A stretch of 63,965 nt of DNA, the filler included, from Octopus bimaculoides (lineage: Eukaryota): the NCBI RefSeq assembly GCF_001194135.2. It is 3 parts of 3 records of this genome, joined end to end, with 100 filler letters (N's around TTAATTAATTAA, not from the genome) between each part and the next. Parts side by side here need not be neighbours in the genome. Positions count along the whole stretch, not along the records: positions 22,538 to 41,875 come from NC_068987.1; 2 more parts are not named here. The stretch is one strand, 5' to 3'. Below the pieces are notes generated by a model. The model was given only the letters and a program-made list of their open reading frames with translations, had not been told where the DNA came from and ran no database searches. Positions within the stretch are counted from its first letter, which is position 1; every line of letters begins with the position of its first letter. Shown piece by piece: positions 26,997 to 41,875 of this stretch. Position numbers and translations under genes: made by a program.

Positions 26997-27215
26997 TAAT
27001 AGTAGGAGATAGATTTTGTATTAGACTTTTATTAGGTACAACATATGTTTCTACTCATCAGTCTGGGTCTCTTCGTGCAGATAATAACAAACCAGATGAT
27101 ACTAAAAATCTCTCGTGAGGCATCTTTATCAATGTACCTGAAGAAACCCAAACTGATGGGTCGAAAAAAATGTCGTACCTAATAAAAGTCTAACACGAAA
27201 TCCATCTCCTACTAA
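26997..27215. mobile_element. Miniature fold-back element made of inverted Penelope-type pLTR ends
   Basis: Left arm 26997-27052 is the reverse complement of right arm 27161-27215 (gtacctaataaaagtctaa..aaatc.atctcctact). Both arms carry the GAAA..GT(C/T)GTAC hammerhead 3' half. Confidence 0.65.
27134..27178 (+). ncRNA. Minimal type-I hammerhead ribozyme motif, slightly degenerate
   Basis: GTAC-CTGAAGA-aACCC(aaactgat)GGGTc-GAAA-aaaat-GTC-GTAC gives a 4-bp stem I and 4-bp stem II. The inverted arm restores stem III as GAAA-CATATG-T. Confidence 0.55.
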
Positions 27216-28049
27216 TAAATAATAGTATTACCCTAACTGTCGTTGCGGTGTCCTTGCAGTAGAACCAACGGAAGCGTACCACATCTGCGGATGACAACAG
27301 GTAGCCTAAATTGTGCCGGTGCTCTACTCATAATTTGAAGACACTAATCGACTTATGCGGACTTGTCCCAATCTTTTATCAGTGCGCGTGTGCGTGTGTA
27401 TGTGTTTGTGTTAGTGTGTGTGTTAAAATATGTTTTCATTTCTTCCCTTCAAACGTGCACAGAATTGAAGTAATTATATTATTTCACGGTGATCTACGAT
27501 ATCCAACTAATTAGGTTCGGTCGATCAACCTTTTTTGTGCCAAACCGCTGAAGATACAAATGCATAGCACTGTTACTGTTAAATCTCAAATATGAACCCA
27601 AAAATCTCTAATATCAAGAAAAAAAGAAACGTTGCAGGTATGTTGAAAACAGAGCGCAAGCAATGAAGAACTACATAATGTGCGATTGAAATATTGCTGT
27701 TATATTGTTTTGCATTGTATTAGATATATATATATCATGAAGTGTAAAATGAGATCAGATTAAGTTTAAAAGTCGGATTAGTATTATACATATGCATCTG
27801 CAAGTGAGTATACTGTTATATGTTGCATATGTATGTATATATCCGTTTTCTTTGAATTCTATTATTATTTTAAAGAGAGTTCAGGTAGCTCACTAACAAA
27901 GTGTTCAGGACTATTTCCGTTTAGAGAGTTCCCTGTGTTCGTAAATACTTGGTTGGATCCTCGATGCACACCCACCTGTGTGCCCCTATTCTCTAAAAAA
28001 AAATCTCAGACTGATAATCGTTGGAAAGTCTTATAAATATTCACTGCGA

Positions 28050-29560
28050 CGCTAATAGAGTGTATTCAGGGAATCTGCGTCGGTTTCCGCCGCTCTTTCG
28101 TAGAAATACTTAGTGTTTTTCTGTTTTTGTAAGTTTGCAGGTAGACAGCCCAATACACATATAACAGGTGCAAATAAAAATTTATAGTTAGGATGCAAGA
28201 GCTGTGAGTTCTGCAATAATTTTCTATAGAGCCTCTCTTTTTCCTGGACTTGATGTCACATTCAGTACTCCGAATTGATGTTTGCATTGGAGAGTTCTCC
28301 AGTATATCTTGTTTTTAAACTTGTGAATACATGTTGATTCTGACATGCCATTGATGTATGCGTTGGAGCAATCCTTCCAGCAGATAGCATTGCAATTAAT
28401 CTTTGCAACTCTATCATAACTGAGCGGCAGGTAGTATCTCGTAGATAAATAGGGGTGACAGCTGAAGATGTGGTTGATATCTTCCAAATTTCGTCTCACA
28501 GAAATCCCCTCGGTGTCGCTGTTGATGTGGAAATTACCTTTGTTCATCAGTACCTTTGTAGTTTTGATGTCAAGTTGTGGATCTATTCAAGTGTTCAACT
28601 GAATATCCCAAATGTTGATACTAGCACTGACACTGCCAAATTATTTTAATGTACCTTGTTAAATGCAAACGAAGTCTAATTTCTCTATGTTACGGAATCT
28701 ACAGAAATAATTTTTTGTGATTCTGGATTTAATCGGAGCACCCATGTATGCAACATTCTCATCGATTCCGAGATGCTCATAGTTTTCTTCAATACACATC
28801 AGTAGTGGAGATAGACAAGCCGCTAGAATACATGTTCCCTGTCTGGTCGACAACATTTCTTTGCTGTGTATGTATGAGCGCTTATCTTGCGCAAACTCCA
28901 TTCCTGTGTATCGTGAGAATGCTGTGACATGTTCTAGTTGTCTCTTGATAATGCTCTTATAACCACAATATGACTTTAGATCATCAACAACAATTGTGAG
29001 GGTAGCATGAAATTTATTCTTTCCTGAATATCTCAGCATAAGGCCTTGGTATTGTTTTAACAGGGTCAACAAGTGGTTTACTGACAGTACAAACAACATT
29101 AATAATAATAATAATAAATTACCCTGGAATATGGCTGTTGTTAGTCATAACTCTCTGGACCATGGTTTAGTCAGATTTCAATGATATTCACTATAGCAGC
29201 TGATGCGTTGAAAAGATGTACTTATTCTATCATCAACGATTAAGAGACAGGGTTGAACGCTTTCTTGTAATCTAACCATACTGTTAAGAGATCAAAGTGA
29301 TGTCGTTCAGCTTCCCTAAGGACGACTTTTCTGAGGATGGGCTTTTCAGCACAACCCCAGATTCCGTTTTCTTTCGTTCATCCGGTTCATTAGTTAACAA
29401 ACCATTTGTTTGAAAGCTGTCTTCGAGAAAACATATTGAGACAACCTGTGTACAGTTTGTACATACTATTCAAGCACACTATGGCTCTAAGGTGATAAAA
29501 TAACTTAACGCCAACGTACCATGTCACAATAGTTATGGCGGAAAAACATAAACAACATCC
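28050..29560 (-). mobile_element. Degenerate R2-superfamily non-LTR retrotransposon, RT domain
   Basis: Frames read RAIVCLNSMYKLYTGCLN..GIWGC..TVWLDYKKAF..AIFQG..MLFVLSVN..VDDLKSY..FSRYTGMEFAQDK..YEHLGIDEN. Confidence 0.8.
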
Positions 29561-31578
29561 ATCACAAGCGATACAGCCACATTTACTAGGTACATCACTA
29601 CGAGTACTACTTTGTTATAGATGCGGAAAATCTGCAATGAACCATCACAACTACAACTAACTAACTTTAAGGATCGCGTAGGAAACCGTGAATGTTGCTG
29701 CCCCTGCTGTTGTCACTCTTCTTACTATATACGAACCTACAACCCATGATTTTTCTGTTTGTAACGTTTATGGCTGTAACCGGAAAGGAAGTTAACTTAT
29801 GCATGAGCCCCGTTGCCTCTCCTCTTCTCAGTGCAAAGTGTGCAAAGCTGTTCAGGCTCTGCTACATTCATCCAAAGGCATATCTATGTCAGTAGAACTG
29901 CTTCATAATAATGAAACCCACGCGACCTTCATGTCACCTCTTGATTATTCATCCTTTGCTAATGCATGGTTGATGGTTGACATAACAAATAGGAAGAATA
30001 TGAGAGGGACTCGTTATTCTACACCTAACGCAGTATTATCTCAGTTTATATATGATACTTCACTTCGTTGCAATGTAAAATGTAACTAAATTTGCATGTC
30101 ACGCGTGTCTATACGCATATTCTACAGTGTTTACGTAACTGTTGAAGTGTAAGTGTATATTGAGTGTTAGTAAATATATAATACACCAGATATTGCATAT
30201 ATGCTTAATGTAAGGTGATTACCTTTTGGCGCATTCGAGATAAATATTCTGATATTGCTGTGCATCGCTGAATTATATTTATGGCCAGAAATTGCTCTAG
30301 GATATAAAATTCGAGATAGACGATATTTGGAAATAGCATTTTATGTTGGGAGAATAATTCTGTGCACAAAAGTGCTTACTATATATATATGATTCTCTTT
30401 TATATATATTTTCATATTTGTAAATATAACTACATATATCACACACATATGTGAGTGTGGTAAGAAGGTATACTTGTATGTGTTTGTATATATATATATG
30501 TATNNNNNNNNNNNNNNNNNNNNNNNNNNNNNNNNNNNNNNNNNNNNNNNNNNNNNNNNNNNNNNNNNNNNNNNNNNNNNNNNNNNNNNNNNNNNNNNNN
30601 NNNNNNNNNNNNNNNNNNNNNNNNNNNNNNNNNNNNNNNNNNNNNNNNNNNNNNNNNNNNNNNNNNNNNNNNNNNNNNNNNNNNNNNNNNNNNNNNNNNN
30701 NNNNNNNNNNNNNNNNNNNNNNNNNNNNNNNNNNNNNNNNNNNNNNNNNNNNNNNNNNNNNNNNNNNNNNNNNNNNNNNNNNNNNNNNNNTGTGTGTATG
30801 TGTGCGTGTGTGTGTGTGTATATATATTCTAATAGTTAATGACAGATCACAGAACAAAGTTATTATATCGAAGCAATAGTAGTATTGGATGAAACTATTA
30901 AAAGAGGCGACATTAGCAATCTTATAATCTACAAAGTTATAGACAGCCAATAAAAGTAGCAAGCGTATATCTTTCCATTTTGAGATCAACTATACACACA
31001 GACTCACACAAAAAGACACACACAGACACACACAACACACGCACACCTACACAGAAGTATATGAACATTTTATGAAGTGTATATACATCTATTTATACGT
31101 ACGTACATCATGCATACACACATACACGCTTTCATATATATATATATATACAGACAGATAGAGATGGATTAGATAGGTAGATAAATTGATACGTACATAC
31201 ATACATAATACATACATAAATAAATAAATAATGAACCATGAGTGTTGTGCGTATAGGAATACATCAAAATATTGCAAACTTTGATGTGAGACAATAAAAG
31301 GGTTAAACGCATTCATTGGATGTGTAGAAAAAGACAGTATTTTACCCCTGTGGATAGTGAGTGGTTTTTTGACTGTTCGTTGACACTCGTACACAGCTTT
31401 CCTCCTTCGTCAATTGTATGCTATTGAAAACAGTACATATATCACCCATTAAAGATTAGTCATTTAACGACGTAATTTTTTTAAAAATTCACCTGCTCCT
31501 TATTCATCATCCAAAGATAAACAAAAAAAAATAGAATATGTGCATAGGTTTATGGGTGTAGAAGCATTTGTAGATGTA

Positions 31579-31640
<62 letters not shown>

Positions 31641-34600
31641 AATATATATCTATCTATCATCTATCTTTTTTACTCTCACTCTTTCTTTCTCTCTAGATAT
31701 ATATGTATATACACACATATATAATATATGTACATGTGTGTTAGTGTGTATATTTATGTTATTACGTATGTATGAATATGTGTGTGTGTGTGTGCAGGAG
31801 AGAGATTGTGTGTGTGTATAAAAACAATAAGACGTAACAAGATGTTGCACATAAAACTATCTTAACATGATATAATAATGTTACATTTCACTAAACGTAT
31901 ATGATAGCAAGTGGGTTTAATGAAAATACACGCAATATATGTTCTTCATATTGCGCAGGGAAAGGTATAAGTTCACGTCTCAGTCTTGCATCTTTCGATT
32001 ACTTAGAGACTTATAAAAAACCATCCAATGTTGTGGAACCAGCTTTACCTTCGTGTATAACTCACCGGCACGCACATGACATACATTATTGTGAGAAGGA
32101 GAGCTGCATTCCGTAAATGACATCGAATCCCTTCGTTGTAGATGACGGGGATATACCTCATGAGACCTAACCTACTCTCACACAATTCAAGGTAATATAT
32201 AACACCACTTTTTGTCCACATTTCACCTTTGAAACAAATAACTACCTGAAATTCTTATATGTACGTCTTCCATATTCTTATAGCCATTCATGTGTTTAAT
32301 AAGGGTTGTCGATATTTAAGTGTGAGTTAATCTAATTTTTCACCTATGAAACTTGCAGCCTCAAATCTATGAACAACTTCCCATCCTGTACATGCTTTTC
32401 AGATAAAGTGTAAGTAGGATTATTTGTTAAACGATTTTAAAACAGTAGTCAGTTATTTTAGTGATATTTGGCTGCTATTTATTGCAGGTCAGTTATTTAT
32501 GCTGAAATGTTGCGTCATGAATCATTGTTATTATATTCATAATTACTGATACGGGATGGAACTAACACTATTTGCATAACAATTATTTTTACGTGATGTT
32601 TGCAGTAATAAATTTACTACAGCTTGGACATGAATCATTGTGTCATGATTCATGTGTAGCAGTGGTGAACTAAATTATGGGACTGACTTTATTTCCATCT
32701 TTTTGACTTTTCAGTAAACCTATAAGAATATCATTATTGCTGAATGTGCTCGGTTAACTTTATTCTTAAGTTGTGTTTTTAGAACGTTTCGGTTTGCTTG
32801 GTCACTATGTTAGTACGTTTTATTTTTATACTAAGAACTACACTCTCATACACAAAGTATCCACACACATACACACACAGAGAAATACACAGACACACAG
32901 ATTCAGAGACACACACCTATATGTGTGTGTATATATACATGCATGGATATCCATATATGTAAGCGTGTAAACTACCACACACTTACTAATGCATATATCC
33001 ACAGACGAAGGCACTTAAATGTATTTAATGTTGTATTTAAGTCATTTTTCTATGTTTTTCCCTATATGATGTGCTCTTTCTCCTTATCTGTCTACTGCAG
33101 TAACTGAAACAAAACAAAAACCACAAAGAATAGAGAAAAGAAGAATGAAAAACCGTTCGCTTCGTTCTGCAAATTACCTTTAAAACTAATTGCTATAAAA
33201 TTACATTTAAAGCTGTATTATTGAATACTTGTTGTCAGAGGAAGCATTTATGGGCTGCCATATTTTTACTATACTGTTATTTTTAGTACTGCTTTTGTAA
33301 TGCCGGACGTATAAATGCGATGCATTAAGAAATTAGTATAATTGATTTTGTACATACATACGAGTCTAATGGATCATACCTACCGCCCAACCTACAACAC
33401 ACCTAGTATTTTGTGTTGATGTTTAGATTCTCATATTAATTGCACTGGCTTCCGTGATTTCGTTAACGTTTTTCTTTTCGGAATAGAGATATTTTTCATT
33501 ATGTCAATATATGTTAGTAATTGTTTTTTAATTGTTTTTCGTCGCTACGATAAAAGTAGCATTTGGCCAATTTTTATATCATGTCATCATACTATTATAT
33601 TTTGAACAACAGATTGGGACATGAAGAATTCAGCTTCTATATCTATGCAAGAAACGCGACAAATACTAGTAACTGCAAACCCCTGTACATGTTAAGAGAC
33701 AGTGTATTTGTCGAACCTTATCGTTAAATCAGATTATGTCACTGTAACTTGTATGAAGACTCTTGAAACAAAACCTGTCTTATCATTAGTTATCATCTCA
33801 CGATAGGCTTGGATAACTGAGGCTACTGACTCAGCATTTGTTAAATAGATAGATATATGTCTCTATTTGTGACATTCTGTATATCAAATAAATACACATA
33901 CATTTCGGAAATATAATATAATATAAAGTTTAGAATTATAAAATTTGTTGAAATATGTATGCAGAAATGTTACAAGGCCAATAGTGACAAAATCATAGAC
34001 AAATTTTAGTGAAAGCCAGGGATTTTTCAGCACCTTCTTGCGCGTGTGTGTGTGATTATGCTGTGTGCGTGTATGTGTGTGTGATTATGTTGTGTGCGTG
34101 TATGTGTGTGTGTTTGTGTGTGTGTATGTGCGTGCATGTAAGTGCATGTGTGTGTGTACAAAGATACGTACCTACTTATATACCTATAGACAGACAATCA
34201 TACGTTTTTATATGTACGATATATAAACAAGCTAAAACTCCGACTACGGATTGATATTTAGACAGCTTTCCGCGAAGTGTTGTTCGGCATGTGGCTTAAA
34301 TAGAGACATACTTGATGAACACATACAAGGAGACAACATTAATGTTTATCATTCGGGTATCTTTTCTTAAAATTATTATTTCACTCGATCTATTAAACCC
34401 TTCATACAACTTCTTTTCTAATATATCCTTTATAAAACATCATCCTAGTTATATCGATTCTAAATTTTACCGAGATATTTCCTCACGTTTTGAGTGAAAT
34501 CCAACTTTTGCTTTCTCAGATTTGAAATTGGATTATTTGATATATAATTTCTCTGCTCCAGTCTTGTTTTGCATCATTTGTATTTGGATATCGGCACATA

Positions 34601-34949
34601 GAAATTACCTTGCGTCTTCAGGGAAAAGATGATGTGAACAATAGCAAAATTGCAGCGCTGATGCATATTAGCTCAAACTAATATTAAATGTGCTTTGCAG
34701 CCAGATCTCATTTAAATGGTAATCAAGTTTTAGGTTAATAATACTCATTGCTTTTCATACAATTTCTGAATAAGTTAATATATTTCTCGAAATAATATCC
34801 AACGTATTTTCCCTCTATACTCCTATTTCCATTGTTAACCTTGATAGTTCACATTTTTCTAAATGTAACAGGTACAGTTTCGATAGGGTCGTCTGATTTG
34901 TGTTGCACGTTGGTGGAAGAGAAATTTGGAGAGAAATACTATTCGGTTT

Positions 34950-36400
34950 ACTCTGATTGCAAATATGGGCAGTTTGTTGCGTGGGACCACAAGGCACTGG
35001 TCGTAAAAGGCAGGAATCTACGGGAACACGTACGGAAAATTTAACTTATAAGTTTAGATATATATCCGATATGGTCTGTCGTTAAGCACATTAGTTACGA
35101 TCAGAGAAGCTTACTCTATCGTGAGTAACAGAAGTAGACACGTTTGTAACATTTTCATAAATTTCGCCGTTGGTCAAATATTCTTGCCATGAACTTTAGC
35201 CCGCTGAGGAGACTATTGTATCTACCAATCAGGCAATAACGCTCCTTGCTCAAGGGTCACGTTTGAGCTCTAGATCTAAAGGTGCTCCCTGAACATACCC
35301 AATGCAAGTAAGCATTGTTGATATTGAATTGTTTGGTTGCTCGACATCCTGAATCCTATTAGAAGTAATTCAGGTTAGTTTTCATATGAAGAAATCTGTT
35401 TTACTCTCGGTAGCGTAAGGATTAAGGTACAAGTGATTTTCTACTCTGAGTTTCGTACCAGCTTTGAAAGAAAATAGCAGATGGTTTTGACCATCATTGT
35501 TGGATAAGTATATAATTCGTCCATTTCTTTAGAAGCAGACCGTTTTGGTTGTAGTATTCCGAAGTGATGTCACCAAGTCTAACGTGTCACACCAAAGTTT
35601 AACTGTAAGAGCAAAACCATCAGCATAATTATAATCAGAGAAACACAATTTCTGCTGATTGCTTGATTACTTTTGCTTCGTAGTGCAGTATTTGACTTGG
35701 AGGAGATGAAAGTCTCTTCCTAGTGATGTAGTCCACTGCAATCTCAAAGAACGAAAGAAACTGGGAGCCAACCTGAATGTTAACTGCTGTTTTTGTACTC
35801 TCTGTGTTTACGGAAACAGTAGAGAGATCTACAAATAGGATTGGTGTCTCTAGTATGGAGATTCTCATCTATAATTATTCTAATGGCAACGTCTGTGTAG
35901 TGTGTGAAACACGTTGAGGAAGATTTCTTTTGTCCGTCATAGAATAGGATCAAGGTGAAGTGAGATTTGTGAAGAGACATAGACTTGCAAAATGTTCAAG
36001 TTAGAAATGAGGATGTAATTCCTCCATATTTATGAACTCTAAAAAAATGTATCCATTTGTATTTTTAATATTATATTTTGGAGTTTCCGAATTTTGATAA
36101 TAGACAAAGACTCCTCAAATATATTGATGTTATTGGTCGGGACACACATCTTGAAATGGATGACGGCCAGGGTTAATGCAGATAAACTTCCCGTCGTAGC
36201 AGTGAGGAAAATGTTTAGTTTGAGAAAGAAAAAGATAATTATAAACACGATTATATTAAGATATTTCAGATGTATTATGGACTCCAGAATTTTTTTAGCA
36301 AAACCGGAATGTGTTAAAGAAATGGATGGTGGAAAAGAACAGTGAATAATGGAAAATATTTTCAGAGCCATGGAAACCATTCCCTGAGAAGCCTTTAAGT
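34950..36400 (-). mobile_element. Old RTE-clade LINE remnant (RT and C-terminal region)
   Basis: Motif relics in the correct order: PSISLT..FAKKI, FEIAVDYITRK, SDYNYADGFAL (YADD box), SWQEYLTNGEIYEN. Confidence 0.55.
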
Positions 36401-37470
36401 CCGAAGATTCAATCTAACACTACCACTCTTTTTGTTTATGCTTGACATTCGTTCATCTGTGTCAATATACACACAAACATACATAAAATATGTCTATAGA
36501 TATGTAATCTCTTGAGATGTCTATGAATATCACCCGACTGTATTTCTCTAGGGAATCAATATTTTGATAATTGCGCTGGCGAATGTGGAAACATATTTTG
36601 AAATGCTGGTTTAATTTTAGTTCTACTCATTTCCATTTATTCAGACACCCCAGGAGATATCTGTTTCCATGGAGATGCTAACATCTTGATTATCGTTATT
36701 TTGGCATACGATATGGATGTTACTAATCAATGGTGATCCATCCTTTCACTATTTTTACTGGCTAGTATTCTCATTCAGAAATTATCTATCGTTTGATAAC
36801 AATATTCGGAGCCATCGTTACTTCGGATGTCTAATACATCATGATTGGCAAATAAATATGGATTGGATAGATATATATCGAACATTAATTAGATGCAGTG
36901 GTGCATTAACTTTGTAATGTTGCGATGGTATAATCAACCTATCGTGAAATACTGAAAGTATAAGTCTAATCAGGTTTTCCACACGAATTTGTAGAGATAT
37001 TCGAAATGAAGTGACTACTGAAGACGAAAGGGAGGTGACATAATCAAGATTCCATGCCCAAAAACGAAGTGAGAGCGAAATGAAATAGGACATAGATGCA
37101 CAATATGAACCACAGAGATGAATATGATAACATCTGATAATCTGCCCTTCCCCATTCTCACCTTCCCCCATGTATGTCTGTATATGTATGTGTGATATGA
37201 TATGTGTGGGTTAATATGTAGAATAGTGTATTTTCTAGGCACAATTGTAAAGACGCACTATTTTAAAGACGTGCTAATTTTAAAGTCGCAAAGAATTTTA
37301 AAACCATAAGAACACCTATTTTCTTCTAGATAAAGCAATTTAAATTCTTTAATTACTGATGACTATATCGAAATCCGTTCTAATATTTCTATTTCAGCGC
37401 CAACTACCTTCACCTCATAACATGTTATATGAAATAAATATCTAAACCACCATATATTGGTTTCAAATTT

Positions 37471-37668
37471 TGGCATAAGGATAGCAATTGCAGAGTGGTA
37501 AGTCAATTACATCGAACCCACTGTTCAACTGGTGCTTATTTTATCATCCTCGAAATGGTAAAAGGCAAAGTAGACCTCGGCAGAATTTGAAGTCAGAGCG
37601 TGAAGACGGACGAAATGCCGCTAAGCATTTCGCTTGGCATATTGACAATTCGGCCAGCTGACCGCCTT
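37471..37668 (-). mobile_element. SINE family B
   Basis: aaaggcaaagtagacctcggcagaatttgaagtcagagcg..cggccagctgaccgcc. Confidence 0.8.
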
Positions 37669-37913
37669 ATAGATCTCCTTATATTATGTGTGTATTCATT
37701 AAAATCAATGGTCAGTTCTTCTTACTTGTAATTGCTTCTATAAATCAGGAACATTTTTTGCTCTAGTACACATTTTAACATTTCACATATTAAGGGAATC
37801 GACGAACGATTGTGCTAACCAGACTGAAGACTAAAATCGTAGGATCAGTACAATCTATACTTCTAAATTAACATAGTTTTGTATTTCACAATAACAACAA
37901 AGTATAAAAACAC

Positions 37914-37983
<70 letters not shown>

Positions 37984-38393
37984 ACAAATGTATGCATATA
38001 GTCTACATGCCTTTTCTATTTTTCGTTTTCCTTCTCTCACTCTACTTTCTTTTACGTCTTTATTTTTCTTCACAATTTCTATCGTTTTACTCCTTTATCA
38101 CGCGTTGTCTTTATGACAATATGCAATAATAAGAAAACAGTATACAAACGTGTCAATCCCATGAATTTCTAAACTAAACTTGTCTGAGGATCATGTAACC
38201 TACAGGTGAAACTCAGAGTAGAAAGAGACAAACTCGACAAAAATTATATACAACTCTCTACTGTGGAATTGGGCATTGTTATTTCTATTGTTGACACTCG
38301 ATGATTTGTGTGTTCGTGTGTGCGTGTGCGCGTATACGTGTATGTCTGTTTATAGATATAAGTGTGTGTGAGCTAGTGTATGCGCATCAAGAT

Positions 38394-38443
<50 letters not shown>

Positions 38444-39224
38444 TGTTTTTGCGTATTCGAACAAATACGCATACACACAAATATACATGAATACGAATGC
38501 TGCTTTTCAGAACATATGTGCAAGCAAGATTTATAAACGTACAGAGAAAGATAGTGAGACGGGGAGAGATAAAGTGACAGAAAGATATAAACGAGAAACA
38601 ACACTAGTGGTGCACAGAATATTAGATGCATTAAAATTTAACCAGTGAGACGAATGAAATATGAAGACATACTTCGATTCTGAGAAAATATATCTTGCTG
38701 AATAGATGCCTATTATATCACATTTGAAGGAAATGTTGAAGTGCGTAATATAAATCTTTCTCATCAACATGTTACCTTCAGGTCTTTAACAACAAATCAT
38801 GTTATATTATATGCCATGTTAAAATATATATGATGGCAATGCAATTATGCTTGCCATCTGTCGTATCACACATTCTGTATACAATATCATATTACCTATG
38901 ATCTAGGAAAATATACAGACTAAAGTTTTGTTACAAATTACAGCTTTTCTTATCTAATATAATTATTAATGTATTCCATTTACATGTTGAATGTTTCCAA
39001 TGCAATTTATTTCCCTTGGGGCATAAAGAGGGGTTCACGGGTAAACATTCATACGCGCACACGTATATGAATGTGCAGAAATGCATGTCTGAAGGCGGGT
39101 GCAGATTATGTCTGAATATATACAACTTAGTTCAAACATCGAATTCATTCGCAACATATATATATTCACACATATTCATGTATGTATGTAATCATGTATG
39201 TATGTTTGTATTTATCTATCTATC

Positions 39225-39277
<53 letters not shown>

Positions 39278-41818
39278 ATGTCTGTCTGTCTGTTTGTATG
39301 TCTGTATGTCTGTCTTTATCTATGTATGTATGTATGCATGTATGTATATTTGTCTGTCCCTCCATCTATTTCTCTGTCTTTATATATGCATGATATAGTG
39401 AAGATAAAGGAACTAAAATGTGTAGGGGCTTGTGAGAATCAGTATGTGCTTATATGTATATGCGTAAGTAAATATGAAGAGATAAGCATATATGTAAAAG
39501 TAACTGTTGTGATGTAAGCGTGTGTGTGTATGTAAGATCTGGTAATGTGTTTAGGCTATGTGTATAGGCTTAAATATATAGCTTTAAATGATGAAGGGAT
39601 GATATCCTGATAGAAATGGTTTGTAATGTGGAATGGAGTATGTAGGGTGTGAAAAGATGTTAAGTGAAAAACTGACTGGTTGTATGTGCATGAGACGTGT
39701 AATTCTGGAACAATCGGGGATGTTGTGTTAAATTTAGTCCATTTGGCTTCTACATTTGGAGAGTGATGTATACACCTTACATGGGAGAATATAAATTTTA
39801 GTGGCGACACATAATGAATGTGACATGATGCGGAGGCTGGAATACGTTTTATGACAAATTTCATTCAGCTGATAAGAGTACCGTGAATTCGTCGGAGTGT
39901 GGTAGATGTCCAGAATCCTGCACAATTGATCCGGCAGAGAAATTAATGTTAGTAGATAGAAAATTTAATGACATACCGATGAATTTCGTCATATATATTG
40001 CTCAGCCTCTGAAACTCAGTGTGTAGCTACGCCGTTTGTCTTCTCCATTTCTGAGGTAACAATAAGCAAGAAGGAAATTTCTGAGTTTGATGGTTGATAC
40101 TTGTCGTATCAAGGCGCTGTTGGTATCGCTAATTTTGGAAGAACGTACATGGAATTTCAGCAGTTGATAGATATGCTAAGAGCATTTTCAAAAATAAACC
40201 TAAAATAGACAGAGTTCCAAGAAATTCTGGGAAAGAAATGAATATATCTGAATATCTGATGTCACCTTGTCTTCTAGAACAATCTTACCATGAAACTGGT
40301 TTCGTTTTCAGTATGCTAAAATAGGTGAAATAATCTCTAACTTGAAATAGAATGTAACTGTACATAGTGCCTACGCTCAACGAGCCGGATGAAACGGAGT
40401 GTTTCTATAGTTGCTTATATACAAACTGGTTACGTTATCAACAAAACAATAACTGATTTTACTCTGCAATGTTAGTGTGACAGTGCGAGGCGTTACCTAT
40501 GATATAACTGAGGAAATATCTGCTCGAATGGAGAGCACCGAGTTGGACTATGGACTCTATATGGTCAAGCCAATAAATTGATCAAAATTATGGTATTTTT
40601 TGACTGTAGCCTTGCCTGTATAGTCATCATTGTGTGTATAACTAGCACACTTAATTCGAGACATTTGAATGATTCGCTGACGGAGAATTGTTACATATCA
40701 CCTTGGAGTGTTGTGTGCATTTACGCCGTATACGTAGCAACAGCAATAAAGCTCTATCGGGCATTTCTTCAGACATTATAGTAGGTTGCTGTTCCGCGAG
40801 GCAATATAAACAAGCAATGGCGCTTGTCCTCCTCCTACCCAAAGCAAGACGACCGGTTAAACGAAAATGAAATAATCTCGCATCTGACGACACAATTAAA
40901 TTGAATGCGTAACAAGATAAACACCCACTCAAATGTTTTACTGCAAACAGTGCGTCATATAAGTGTCTGATTACAGGAACAGGAAGGGAAATGACATTTT
41001 ATAATCAATATTAAAATTTGCTGAGACCGATGTTCCCAAAGTTATTCATGCATACTAAGAAGTAAGTATGGTTCCCACATCTGCACCACCAAAGTTGACA
41101 TTACGAATCATTAGCAATATTTTAGTGAATAACTAAAGCGACCCGAAAAATCCTCTTACCACCATCTGTTATGTGTCTAGCAACGTCAAAACAATACTGT
41201 TGCAGATTTCTTGCCGAATATGGAAGTACCTGTAACTACTATCTCTGAGCCAAGACTGAAGAGAGGTCTTAGTTGTCATGCTTTCCTATAAAGGATTACA
41301 AGTATGGTGGGAGAGATCTGAAATAACATCGCCCTAAAATGTATGTAGACTGTTGGCAACGCTGCACTAACATCTCAATGATGCCAATCGAATAAACGTT
41401 TAATTCCAGAGGATGACAAGAAGAAGTACAGAAATTAACAAGGAATGTCTTTGCTCTTAGTCACAAAGAAATAACATGAATAATGCTCGGGTGACTGCAA
41501 ATATATACACACAAATTCATGTAGAATATCAGTGTTGATATTGTGTCAATATGGGTAAGAATAGCAGCATGTTTACATTGATACAGTGTCAGGATATATG
41601 TATCTTACAGCAAATTAAAATGAAGGCCTTCGCTATTGTGGAAAGAGAGGATGTTTAGGCTTACATAGGAAAGCGTGGATATAGTTAGGTTCATCAGTTT
41701 AGATGGAAATTACTATCTGATACCATCACGAAAATGGTAACAATTTGTAAAACTTAATTTACAGAAAGCGTTATTACCCTATATCATGCAAATATTGGGT
41801 ATGTTTTGAATACTGCAA

Positions 41819-41875
<57 letters not shown>

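Noticed and set aside
39540-39950. Possible CR1/L2 LINE 3' remnant on the minus strand
   Set aside because: Motif resemblance was too weak to support a call.
40289-40315. 27-nt minus-strand microexon candidate (ttttag / GTAAGA)
   Set aside because: Such short AG..GT intervals arise by chance and the peptide (HTENETSFM) does not continue the WD40 pattern; needs RNA evidence.
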